A stretch of DNA of 64,000 nucleotides from Candidatus Kaiserbacteria bacterium CG10_big_fil_rev_8_21_14_0_10_45_20 (GTDB lineage Bacteria; Patescibacteriota; Minisyncoccia; Phycocordibacterales; Phycocordibacteraceae): positions 8,023-72,022 of the forward strand of contig PFBH01000014.1 of the NCBI GenBank assembly GCA_002773335.1, in the 5' to 3' direction. Below the pieces are notes generated by a model. It had not been told where the DNA came from and did no database searches. It saw only the letters and a list, made by a program, of their open reading frames with translations. How positions within the stretch are numbered: position 1 is the first letter of the stretch; each line of letters starts with the position of its first letter. Below, one piece after another: positions 56,446 through 64,000 of the stretch. The position numbers and the translations under genes were made by a program.

Positions 56446-57102
56446 TTAGTGCGCTAGCGCTATTCCGATAACTTCTTTTGCGCCTGCCTCAAGGAGGGCA
56501 CGACGCGCGTCTTTTAGTGTCGCGCCGGTTTCTGACACGTCGTCTACCACAATACAGCACTCACCCGAGACGAGCTGTCTTTGCGCTTCATCGTTCGTGA
56601 CAAAAAATGCACGAGACACATTCTCGACACGTTTTTTCTTTTCGGTGCGAAGTTGGCTTGGTCTCTCTTTTCTCTTTAATACATTGGGCGTGTATCGTAC
56701 CGACGTTTCTATAAAGGGAAGTGCGTACTCAACTATTCTTTCAACTTGATTATACCCGCGCTTTCTCTTGCGTTTTGCTGAAGAAGGGATAGGAACGAGA
56801 AGCGGTCGTCGCCACTCAAGGTCAAGCGCGCGTTCTTCAAGGGCGTTCAGCACCATATCGGACATACACAGACCAAGAATCTGAGACGCTTTCTTTGTTC
56901 CATAAAATTTGTTTGCACGGATGAGCGATTGAATATCTTGGTCGCGGTATGAAAATCCGACAAAAATCCACGGGAGAGGCTTGGCACGCACAATCAGTTT
57001 TTCTCGTACCGTATCGATGGTAATGGCGCGAATACGTACCACATCTTTTGGTGGAGGAAAAAAGAAGTCTATAATGGAAGAGACGAGTGTAGGTGCGTGC
57101 AT
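56446..57102 (-). CDS. comF: ComF family phosphoribosyltransferase-like competence protein
   Basis: LVPIP, RKRGYNQ, VVDDVSETGATL. Confidence 0.88.
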   Translation of the reverse strand: MHAPTLVSSIIDFFFPPPKDVVRIRAITIDTVREKLIVRAKPLPWIFVGFSYRDQDIQSLIRANKFYGTKKASQILGLCMSDMVLNALEERALDLEWRRPLLVPIPSSAKRKRKRGYNQVERIVEYALPFIETSVRYTPNVLKRKERPSQLRTEKKKRVENVSRAFFVTNDEAQRQLVSGECCIVVDDVSETGATLKDARRALLEAGAKEVIGIALAH

Positions 57103-57127
57103 GGTATACTCGTCTTATTCTACGCCC

Positions 57128-58237
57128 ATGGCATCCTTTCTTTCAGGTTTTTCACAATCACTTAGTAATCTTGCCGGTGCATTTGCAAAAAAAGACGGCG
57201 AGAGCGTTTTTGGTATTGATATAGGAACATCATCTATAAAAGTAGTGCAGTTGGTTGAAAAGAAGGGGGTGGCGGTACTAGAGACCTATGGCGAAATCTC
57301 GCTTGGTCCGTACGCAGAGGCAGAAGTGGGGCAGTCAGTAAACCCACCACTTGAAAAGGCGTCTGAAGCGTTGGTTGACCTGCTTCGCGAAGCAAACGTA
57401 ACGGCAAAAACCGGCGGTGTCTCTATCCCACTTTCATCAAGTCTTATTAGTGTTATCAGTCTTCCTACAAGAAACGAAGAAGATTTGGCGACAATGATCC
57501 CCATAGAGGCACGAAAGTACATCCCCGTCCCCGTGTCTGAGGTAACGCTTGACTGGTTTGTTATCCCCGAAGCAGAAGCAGAGTTTTTGAGCGCCGCGGG
57601 TAGTGAACGCGCAAAAAATGCCACCGACGTGTTGCTTGTTGCTATCCACAACGCCGCGTTAGAGCGGTACCAGTCTATTGTTTCAGGAGCAAAACTGTCG
57701 CCTCGGTTTTTTGAAATTGAACCGTTTAGTATTTCACGGTCTGCCTACGAACACAGCACCGCTCCGGTGATGATTGTTGACTTGGGAGCGTCAAGTACCC
57801 GTGTGTACATTATAGAGTTTGGCATTGTCGATGTTTCGCACACCATTAGTCGCGGTTCACAAGACATTACCCGTTCTCTGGCGCAGTCAAAAAATTTGAC
57901 GTTTCTTGAAGCAGAAAAACAAAAAAGACGGACCGGTGTTTCTGAAACTGAAGCGGGGCTCTCTACACTCGAGTATGTGTTTTCAGAAGCAAAGCGAATC
58001 TTTTTAACGTACCAAAGAAAAGAGGGGAAGGCGGTCTCTGAGATGGTGCTCGTTGGAGGAGGAGCGTCTCTGAAAGGAATTGAAGACATCGCTAAGAAAT
58101 ATTTTGACGCGCCGGTTTCAATATCAAACCCATTTGATAAAACGTCAGCCCCAGCGTTTGTTATTGATGTACTGAAAGACGCAGGACCTTCGTTTGCTCC
58201 GGCGGTGGGGCTCGCGCTTCGCGCGTTGAAGCAATAA
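57128..58237 (+). CDS. pilM: Type IV pilus assembly protein PilM
   Basis: GIDIGTSSIKVVQL, EARKYIP, VDLGA, LVGGGA, AVGLALR; start placed at ATG 57128. Confidence 0.93.
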   Translation: MASFLSGFSQSLSNLAGAFAKKDGESVFGIDIGTSSIKVVQLVEKKGVAVLETYGEISLGPYAEAEVGQSVNPPLEKASEALVDLLREANVTAKTGGVSIPLSSSLISVISLPTRNEEDLATMIPIEARKYIPVPVSEVTLDWFVIPEAEAEFLSAAGSERAKNATDVLLVAIHNAALERYQSIVSGAKLSPRFFEIEPFSISRSAYEHSTAPVMIVDLGASSTRVYIIEFGIVDVSHTISRGSQDITRSLAQSKNLTFLEAEKQKRRTGVSETEAGLSTLEYVFSEAKRIFLTYQRKEGKAVSEMVLVGGGASLKGIEDIAKKYFDAPVSISNPFDKTSAPAFVIDVLKDAGPSFAPAVGLALRALKQ

Positions 58238-58314
58238 TAAAAACTATTAAGTCTTTTCCACTGCCACCGTGGCACAACAGGAAACAGAGTTTTCTATAGT
58301 GATACACTTACCAT

Positions 58315-59028
58315 ATGCAAGAACGTGTTAAAACGTCGTTCATTCCCAAAGCGTCTCTTAAAAGTGAGCGCGCGAGGACACCAAGTAAATCCCCGATGGG
58401 GCTCTTAAACTTGATCTCAGTCATTCTTTTAATTCTCGCCATTGTCGGAGGGGTTGGAGCATTTCTGTTTCAGCAGTTTGTGACACAAAGTATCGTGAGC
58501 AAAAAAGCATCTCTTGAAAAAGCACGAGCAGCGTTTGAGCCCGCAACAATAAAAGAGCTTTCTCGTCTCAATGCGCGGTTGCTTATCGGCCAAAATTTAC
58601 TCGACGGGCATGTAAGTTTTTCAAACTTATTTAATGAGATTGAAGTACTCACGCTCGAAAATGTTCGTTTCAGAGAGTTTACCCTTGAAGAAACATCACC
58701 GGGGAATATGAAGGTATCAATGGACGGAACTGCAAGTAGCTTTAACGCACTTGCGGGACAAGCAGATGCGTTTGGGAAGAGTAGGATTTTGCAAGAATCA
58801 GTCTTTGCCGACTTTAACGTAGACGCGTTTGGCGCGGTAGTATTTACGTACACTGCGACGGTTAACCTTGACGAGTTGAAGTATACGCCATCGTCTTCTT
58901 CTGCCCCTGCTCCAGAGCCGATTGAAACAACACCTCCTGCCGAGCAGGGTGGAGAGGCATCCTCAGTAGATACTCAACCTGAACCAACTCAACCTGAACC
59001 AACTCAACCTGAAGAAACAACACCATGA
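58315..59028 (+). CDS. PilN-like pilus alignment protein
   Basis: Single N-terminal TM, position after pilM, Pro/Glu-rich tail. Confidence 0.7.
   Translation: MQERVKTSFIPKASLKSERARTPSKSPMGLLNLISVILLILAIVGGVGAFLFQQFVTQSIVSKKASLEKARAAFEPATIKELSRLNARLLIGQNLLDGHVSFSNLFNEIEVLTLENVRFREFTLEETSPGNMKVSMDGTASSFNALAGQADAFGKSRILQESVFADFNVDAFGAVVFTYTATVNLDELKYTPSSSSAPAPEPIETTPPAEQGGEASSVDTQPEPTQPEPTQPEETTP
58972..59013 (+). repeat. 15-bp coding tandem repeat (TQPEP, about 3 copies)
   Basis: ACTCAACCTGAACCA x2 plus ACTCAACCTGAA. Confidence 0.8.
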
Positions 59029-59567
59029 AAACACTCTTTCCAATTCTCTTTATTCTTGTTGCCGGAGGTATTCTCTTTGGCTTTATAAACCCGACATGGA
59101 GCGAGATTAAAGTGCTCCGCGAAGAAGAAGAGAAGTATAACTCTGCCCTTGATAGGTCGCGCTTGTTACAAGAAACGCGAGACCAACTGCTTTCGCGGTA
59201 CAACACATTCTCTCCTGCAGAGTTGGCACGTCTCGAAAAGTTTTTGCCAGATAACGTTGACAATGTGCGGCTTATCTTAGACATAGACTCTATCGCAGGG
59301 AGGTACGGTATGCGCATCCGAGACGTGATCCTCAGCTCTGACACATCGCGAACGGACCTCGGTCAGCTTGGACCTGACGAAAACAGGTTTGACTCACGCA
59401 TACTCTCTTTCTCGGTGACAGGTTCGTACACCGAGTTTAGAGCATTCCTTGAAGATCTTGAGCAGAGCCTCCGTTTGGTTGATGTAATGAAAATTACATT
59501 TAGCTCGACGGACTCGGGCGTGTATGATTATTCGCTTTCTATAAAAACGTATTGGCTAAAACCATGA
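59025..59567 (+). CDS. pilO: PilO-like pilus alignment protein
   Basis: TM + coiled coil, FLP, GSYTEFRAFLEDLEQSLRLVDV, KTY. Confidence 0.8.
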   Translation: MKTLFPILFILVAGGILFGFINPTWSEIKVLREEEEKYNSALDRSRLLQETRDQLLSRYNTFSPAELARLEKFLPDNVDNVRLILDIDSIAGRYGMRIRDVILSSDTSRTDLGQLGPDENRFDSRILSFSVTGSYTEFRAFLEDLEQSLRLVDVMKITFSSTDSGVYDYSLSIKTYWLKP

Positions 59568-59869
59568 ATAAACTATTCCAACAGTATAAAAATGTCATCA
59601 TCGTCTTTGTCGTTGTGATAGGGCTCTTTGTCGCATACTCGATATTTTTTGGCGAAGAGGACACTGACACACTATCAGTAACAAATGTTGCCACCGAGCA
59701 AACCGTGGTAGAGCAAGAGCTTCTGTCTCTCTTGCTAGAGTTGCGCTCCATTACTCTTGATACGTCGCTCTTTGACGACCCACGTTTTAAATCTCTGAAA
59801 GATTTTAGCCAAGAGTTAACGTCTGAACCTGTTGGTCGCCCCAACCCATTCTCTCCTCTTGGTGAATAG
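59564..59869 (+). CDS. Small membrane-anchored pilus-cluster protein (PilP position)
   Basis: N-terminal TM, C-terminal GRPNPF motif. Confidence 0.65.
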   Translation: MNKLFQQYKNVIIVFVVVIGLFVAYSIFFGEEDTDTLSVTNVATEQTVVEQELLSLLLELRSITLDTSLFDDPRFKSLKDFSQELTSEPVGRPNPFSPLGE

Positions 59870-59932
59870 GGGTCGTGCGAGGTGGATGAAATACCTCACG
59901 CAATCTTCATTAGTCTAGTATTATAAAAACAA

Positions 59933-61690
59933 ATGGATACGCTATCACTACTTGAAGAAAAAGGACTCATCGACAAGAGCGCCGTTGCCTCTATTAGAGA
60001 AGAGGTTGATGTGCAGGGTAAAAATCTCGAGCAAGCACTTCTTTCTCGAGGTGTCTCTCAATCAGATATTCTCTCTGCGTTAGGCAACTACTACCAAGTG
60101 CCAACAAAAATATTGGATAAAGGCTCTGCGATTCCGGAAGCAATCCTGAAATATATCCCCGAAGAGTCTGCGCGACACTACGGCTTTGTTCCTATTGGTA
60201 TTGAAGACGATATTCTTGAGATAGGAACCATTGACCCCGATAACCTCGAGGCAACTGAGGCGCTCAATTTTATTACCGCTCGCACCAACATTCCGTATAA
60301 GATATTCCTTATCTCAAACGAAGATTTTGAATCGGTGCTCAATATGTATAAAGGACTCAGCGGAGAGGTGGGGAAGGCGTTAACCGAGTTGCAGTCAACC
60401 ATTTCTGAAGACGACATTTCTGCTGCCGTTTCGTCGGGTGGAGAAGGTGAAACAACACCATCTTCAGAGAATAATAAAGCAATAAAAGAAGATGCTCCGG
60501 TTACCAAGATCGTCGCTTCAATTTTGCGTCACGCTGTTGATGGTCGTGCATCCGACATTCATATAGAGCCGACTCGTGAAGAGCTTCGTGTTCGGTTTCG
60601 TGTTGATGGTGTCCTCCATACGTCGCTCCGTTTACCAAAAAATGTTGAACGCGCGGTGTCTGCCCGTATTAAAGTACTCGCGTCATTGAAACTTGACGAA
60701 AGAAGAAAACCACAAGACGGACGCTTTTCAGCGACAATTGATAATCGGCGTATAGATTTTCGTGTTTCAACGTTTCCTACATACCATGGTGAAAAGGTGG
60801 TTATGCGTATCTTAGATCGCTCAAGTACACTTTTGACGCTTCAAGATATCGGACTCACCGCTGGCAATATTGAAAAAGTGCGAGAAGCAATTCGTCGACC
60901 ATACGGAATTATTATTATTTCCGGACCAACAGGCTCAGGTAAATCAACGACGCTGTATACGATGTTGCAAGAGTTGGAACGTACCGAACTTAACGTTGTT
61001 TCACTTGAAGACCCTGTTGAGTACGATGTTGAGGGTGTTTCGCAGTCGCAAGTTAGACCAGAGATTGGCTATACCTTCGCAGCCGGACTCCGTTCAATTT
61101 TGCGACAAGACCCCGACATTATTATGGTGGGAGAGATTCGTGACAAAGAGACCGCACAACTTGCGATTCAAGCCGCTCTTACCGGACACCTCGTTCTCTC
61201 TACGCTCCACACTAATAACGCCATTGGCGTAGTGCCTCGGCTCATTGATATGGGCATTGACCCATACTTGATCGCGCCAACACTTGTTCTTTCTATGGCG
61301 CAACGATTGGTGCGTAAGCGTTGCGAGGGGGCTGGAAAGCCAATGCCGGTTGAGGGTGCAGTGCAGTCGTTTATTAATAAAGAGTTCCAAGGAGTTCCTG
61401 AAGAGGTAATGAAAACAATTCCTCAGCCGAAAGAGGTATTTGGTATTGCTCCAAGCGATGGGTGTCCAAACGGTACGCGCGGACGAGTCGGTGTTTTTGA
61501 ATTTCTTCCTACTTCAAAAGAATTGGAGCGAGTTATTTTAGAGAACCCTGTCGAAGAAGAGATTTTCAAGATAGCCCGTGCGCAAGGTATGTTGACGATG
61601 AAAGAGGATGCTATTATTAAAATGTTAGAAGGAACGATTCCATTTGAAGAAGTGACGACACTTGGTGGAGACGTTGCCCTTGAATCTTAA
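59933..61690 (+). CDS. pilB: Second PilB/GspE family ATPase
   Basis: ASDIHIEP, PQDGR, GPTGSGKST, LEDPVEY, RQDPDIIMVGEIRD, TGHLVLSTLHTN. Confidence 0.94.
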   Translation: MDTLSLLEEKGLIDKSAVASIREEVDVQGKNLEQALLSRGVSQSDILSALGNYYQVPTKILDKGSAIPEAILKYIPEESARHYGFVPIGIEDDILEIGTIDPDNLEATEALNFITARTNIPYKIFLISNEDFESVLNMYKGLSGEVGKALTELQSTISEDDISAAVSSGGEGETTPSSENNKAIKEDAPVTKIVASILRHAVDGRASDIHIEPTREELRVRFRVDGVLHTSLRLPKNVERAVSARIKVLASLKLDERRKPQDGRFSATIDNRRIDFRVSTFPTYHGEKVVMRILDRSSTLLTLQDIGLTAGNIEKVREAIRRPYGIIIISGPTGSGKSTTLYTMLQELERTELNVVSLEDPVEYDVEGVSQSQVRPEIGYTFAAGLRSILRQDPDIIMVGEIRDKETAQLAIQAALTGHLVLSTLHTNNAIGVVPRLIDMGIDPYLIAPTLVLSMAQRLVRKRCEGAGKPMPVEGAVQSFINKEFQGVPEEVMKTIPQPKEVFGIAPSDGCPNGTRGRVGVFEFLPTSKELERVILENPVEEEIFKIARAQGMLTMKEDAIIKMLEGTIPFEEVTTLGGDVALES

Positions 61691-61696
61691 AACTGT

Positions 61697-62104
61697 ATGG
61701 ATACACAAAAAAACACAAAAGACATCTCCATTATGCTCGTTGACGATGATAGGTTTCTTCTTGATATGTATGCGCTCAAATTTAAAGAGCATGGGTGCGC
61801 AGTAGAGGCGATTGCTGATTCAGAAAAAGCACTCGAGCGTATCCGTGGGGGAGCACACCCCGATATTATTCTCCTTGATATTATTATGCCGGGTATTGAC
61901 GGGTTCCAGTTTCTTGAAGCCCTTAAAAAAGAAGGACTTACGGGAAACACAATTGTTATCGTACTTTCAAATCAGGGAGTAAAAGAAGACATTGATAAAG
62001 CGCTCTCTCTTGGAGCGGAAGGGTTTATCGTAAAGGCAAGTGCTATTCCTTCTGAAGTGCTTCAGAAGACATTAGAGTTTGCAGAAAAAGCACATAAAGC
62101 ATAA
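61697..62104 (+). CDS. Single-domain response regulator (receiver only)
   Basis: LVDDD, PDIILLDIIMPGIDG, VLSN, FIVK. Confidence 0.92.
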   Translation: MDTQKNTKDISIMLVDDDRFLLDMYALKFKEHGCAVEAIADSEKALERIRGGAHPDIILLDIIMPGIDGFQFLEALKKEGLTGNTIVIVLSNQGVKEDIDKALSLGAEGFIVKASAIPSEVLQKTLEFAEKAHKA

Positions 62105-62110
62105 GTACCT

Positions 62111-63178
62111 ATGGCAATAGATTATAAAACAGAAATAGATTCTCTTTTTGAAACGGTAATCGCCGAAGGCGCCTCAGATTTACACCTTTCATCAGATATG
62201 AATCCGATTATCCGCGTATCGGGTTCATTGATTCCGTTAGTAAAAAGACAAAAATTTACTTCAAACGATATCTCTGCGTTTTTGGATGTAATGACAACGC
62301 CAGAGAAAAAGAAGCTGTTTTTAGAAACACAAGAACTTGATTTTTCTGTACAGTATAAAGACCTCGCCCGCTTTCGGGGCAACGCATTTTTTGAACGAGG
62401 GACCATCTCAATTGCCCTCAGAATGATTCCCCGTGAGATAAAGACACTTGACCAACTTCAACTACCGCCAATTTTAGAAACGTTTACGCAACTGCAACAG
62501 GGATTCTTTTTGGTGGTCGGTCCCGTGGGACAAGGTAAATCAACAACACTCGCCGCAATGATTGAGATGATAAATCAGACACGCACCGAGCACATTATTA
62601 CCATTGAGAATCCTATAGAATATTTGTTTGAATCAAAGCGTTCAATTGTCGCGCAACGCGAAGTAAAAGTTGATACCCAAAGTTTTCGTAACGCACTTAC
62701 CTCTGCCTTTCGAGAAGACGTAGACGTTATTATGGTCGGAGAGATGCGAGGCCCAGACACGATGGCTGCCGCGGTAACCGCAGCCGAAACAGGGCACTTA
62801 GTGCTCTCAACACTGCACACAAACAATGCCGCGCAGACAATTGACCGTATTATTGATACGTTTCCACCGGGGCAACAAGATCAAATTCGTATCCAGCTTG
62901 CCGCATCACTCGCCGGTATCTTTTCACAGAGACTGATTCCTCGTATTTCGGGAGGACTTATCCCTGCGTACGAGCTTCTGATAAACAACGAAGCAATCGC
63001 AAATCTTATTCGCGATAAGCGCACGCACGAAATTAACTCTGTTATAGAGACGGGTATGGAGTCTGGCATGATTGATATGAACCGATCTCTTGCAGAGTTG
63101 GTGCGACGAGGTGAAATTACACCAGAGAATGCACTCTCTCGTTCATTAAATCCAAAGGCGTTCAGTAAGATACTATAA
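62111..63178 (+). CDS. pilT: Type IV pilus retraction ATPase PilT
   Basis: ASDLHL, GPVGQGKSTTLAAMI, VGEMR, AAETGHLVLSTLHT, TIDRII, AIANLIRD. Confidence 0.94.
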   Translation: MAIDYKTEIDSLFETVIAEGASDLHLSSDMNPIIRVSGSLIPLVKRQKFTSNDISAFLDVMTTPEKKKLFLETQELDFSVQYKDLARFRGNAFFERGTISIALRMIPREIKTLDQLQLPPILETFTQLQQGFFLVVGPVGQGKSTTLAAMIEMINQTRTEHIITIENPIEYLFESKRSIVAQREVKVDTQSFRNALTSAFREDVDVIMVGEMRGPDTMAAAVTAAETGHLVLSTLHTNNAAQTIDRIIDTFPPGQQDQIRIQLAASLAGIFSQRLIPRISGGLIPAYELLINNEAIANLIRDKRTHEINSVIETGMESGMIDMNRSLAELVRRGEITPENALSRSLNPKAFSKIL

Positions 63179-63187
63179 AGATACTCT

Positions 63188-64000
63188 ATGTTATTTAAAT
63201 ACAAAGCAGTTGATAAAAATGGTACAGCACAAGAAAGCACGATTGATGCTGTCTCTCGTGATATTGCCATTAACTCACTCCAGTCACGAGGCTTCATTGT
63301 CTCTTCTGTTGAGCCGGTAGACGAAGGAGGCGACGGTTTATTTAAAAACATTGTCTTGTTTGAAAGTGTTTCAAACAAAGACATCGTGCTGTTGTCGCGA
63401 CAAATCTCTACGCTCTTTGAAGCACAGGTTTCGGCACTTCGAATTTTCCGATTACTTGCCTCTGAGGCAGATACTCCTTTGATGCAAAGAATACTGACGG
63501 CTGTTGCCGATGATTTGCAGGCAGGTAGTCCAATATCAAAAGCACTTTCTAAACACCCAAAGGCGTTCAGTGACTTTTACGTCAATATGATTAAGGCAGG
63601 TGAGGAGGCGGGAAAGCTCGACGAAACCTTCTTGTACCTTGCAGACTATATGGATAGATCGTACGCGGTTTCATCTAAAGCACGAAACGCACTTATTTAT
63701 CCGGCCTTTGTTATCTCGACATTCTTTATCGTGATGATTCTGATGATGACAATGGTTATTCCACGAATTTCTCAAATTTTGATTGACTCGGGGCAAGAAA
63801 TACCGGTCTACACGCAAGTTGTTATTGCAATTAGTAACTTTTTTGTTGATTTTGGCCTCTTCTTATTGGTGTTGGTAGTTGTTGGTGGCTTTTTCTTCTT
63901 CCGGTATGTAACAACCGGTGCGGGGAAGGGCGCACTTGATCGGCTCCAGCTTGGTTTGCCGTACGTGGGCGACCTGTTTAGAAAATTGTACCTTTCTCGT
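63188..64000 (+). CDS. pilC: Second PilC/GspF family protein (runs off the window)
   Basis: Manual translation MLFKYKAVDKNG...SRQISTLFEA...MIKAGEEAGKLDE...NALIYP. Confidence 0.92.
   Translation, partial: MLFKYKAVDKNGTAQESTIDAVSRDIAINSLQSRGFIVSSVEPVDEGGDGLFKNIVLFESVSNKDIVLLSRQISTLFEAQVSALRIFRLLASEADTPLMQRILTAVADDLQAGSPISKALSKHPKAFSDFYVNMIKAGEEAGKLDETFLYLADYMDRSYAVSSKARNALIYPAFVISTFFIVMILMMTMVIPRISQILIDSGQEIPVYTQVVIAISNFFVDFGLFLLVLVVVGGFFFFRYVTTGAGKGALDRLQLGLPYVGDLFRKLYLSR

Overview
The window reads as core chromosome of a Patescibacteria (CPR, Parcubacteria-like) bacterium. This assignment is an inference from the missing rpmD/L30 between rpsE and rplO, AT-rich SD-less gene starts, split comEC, a stand-alone VirD4-like ATPase and tRNA-Ile(UAU). 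In order it holds: partial nusA; a first type IV pilus cluster (pilB, pilC, three pilin-like genes); tpiA-pgk, HIT, recJ, rnhA; comEC split around sod; rpmB, two methyltransferases and a site-2 protease; the str-S10-spc ribosomal superoperon through secY-gmk-adk-map; a VirD4-like ATPase, ndk, a beta-CASP nuclease, infC-rpmI-rplT, smpB-ssrA, ftsH, tRNA-Ile(UAU), recG, malic enzyme, tRNA-Ser(GCU), comF; and a second pilus cluster (pilMNO, pilB, response regulator, pilT, partial pilC). The superoperon is interrupted three times: by a three-gene antisense island between fusA and tuf, by a RAYT-like HUH transposase with a 40-bp palindrome between rplB and rpsS, and by a 720-bp hairpin-rich spacer between rplE and rpsN. 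A new sigma70-like promoter follows each break. The most striking unexplained signal is a family of modular, covarying, structured repeats downstream of all three tRNA-like genes (tmRNA, tRNA-Ile, tRNA-Ser). These contain antisense copies of the host RNA's own 3' end, interrupted by a 25-nt CUGC-loop hairpin in the tmRNA and tRNA-Ser trailers, plus a nested ~56-bp insertion module. All calls were made by eye from motifs; no database search was run.
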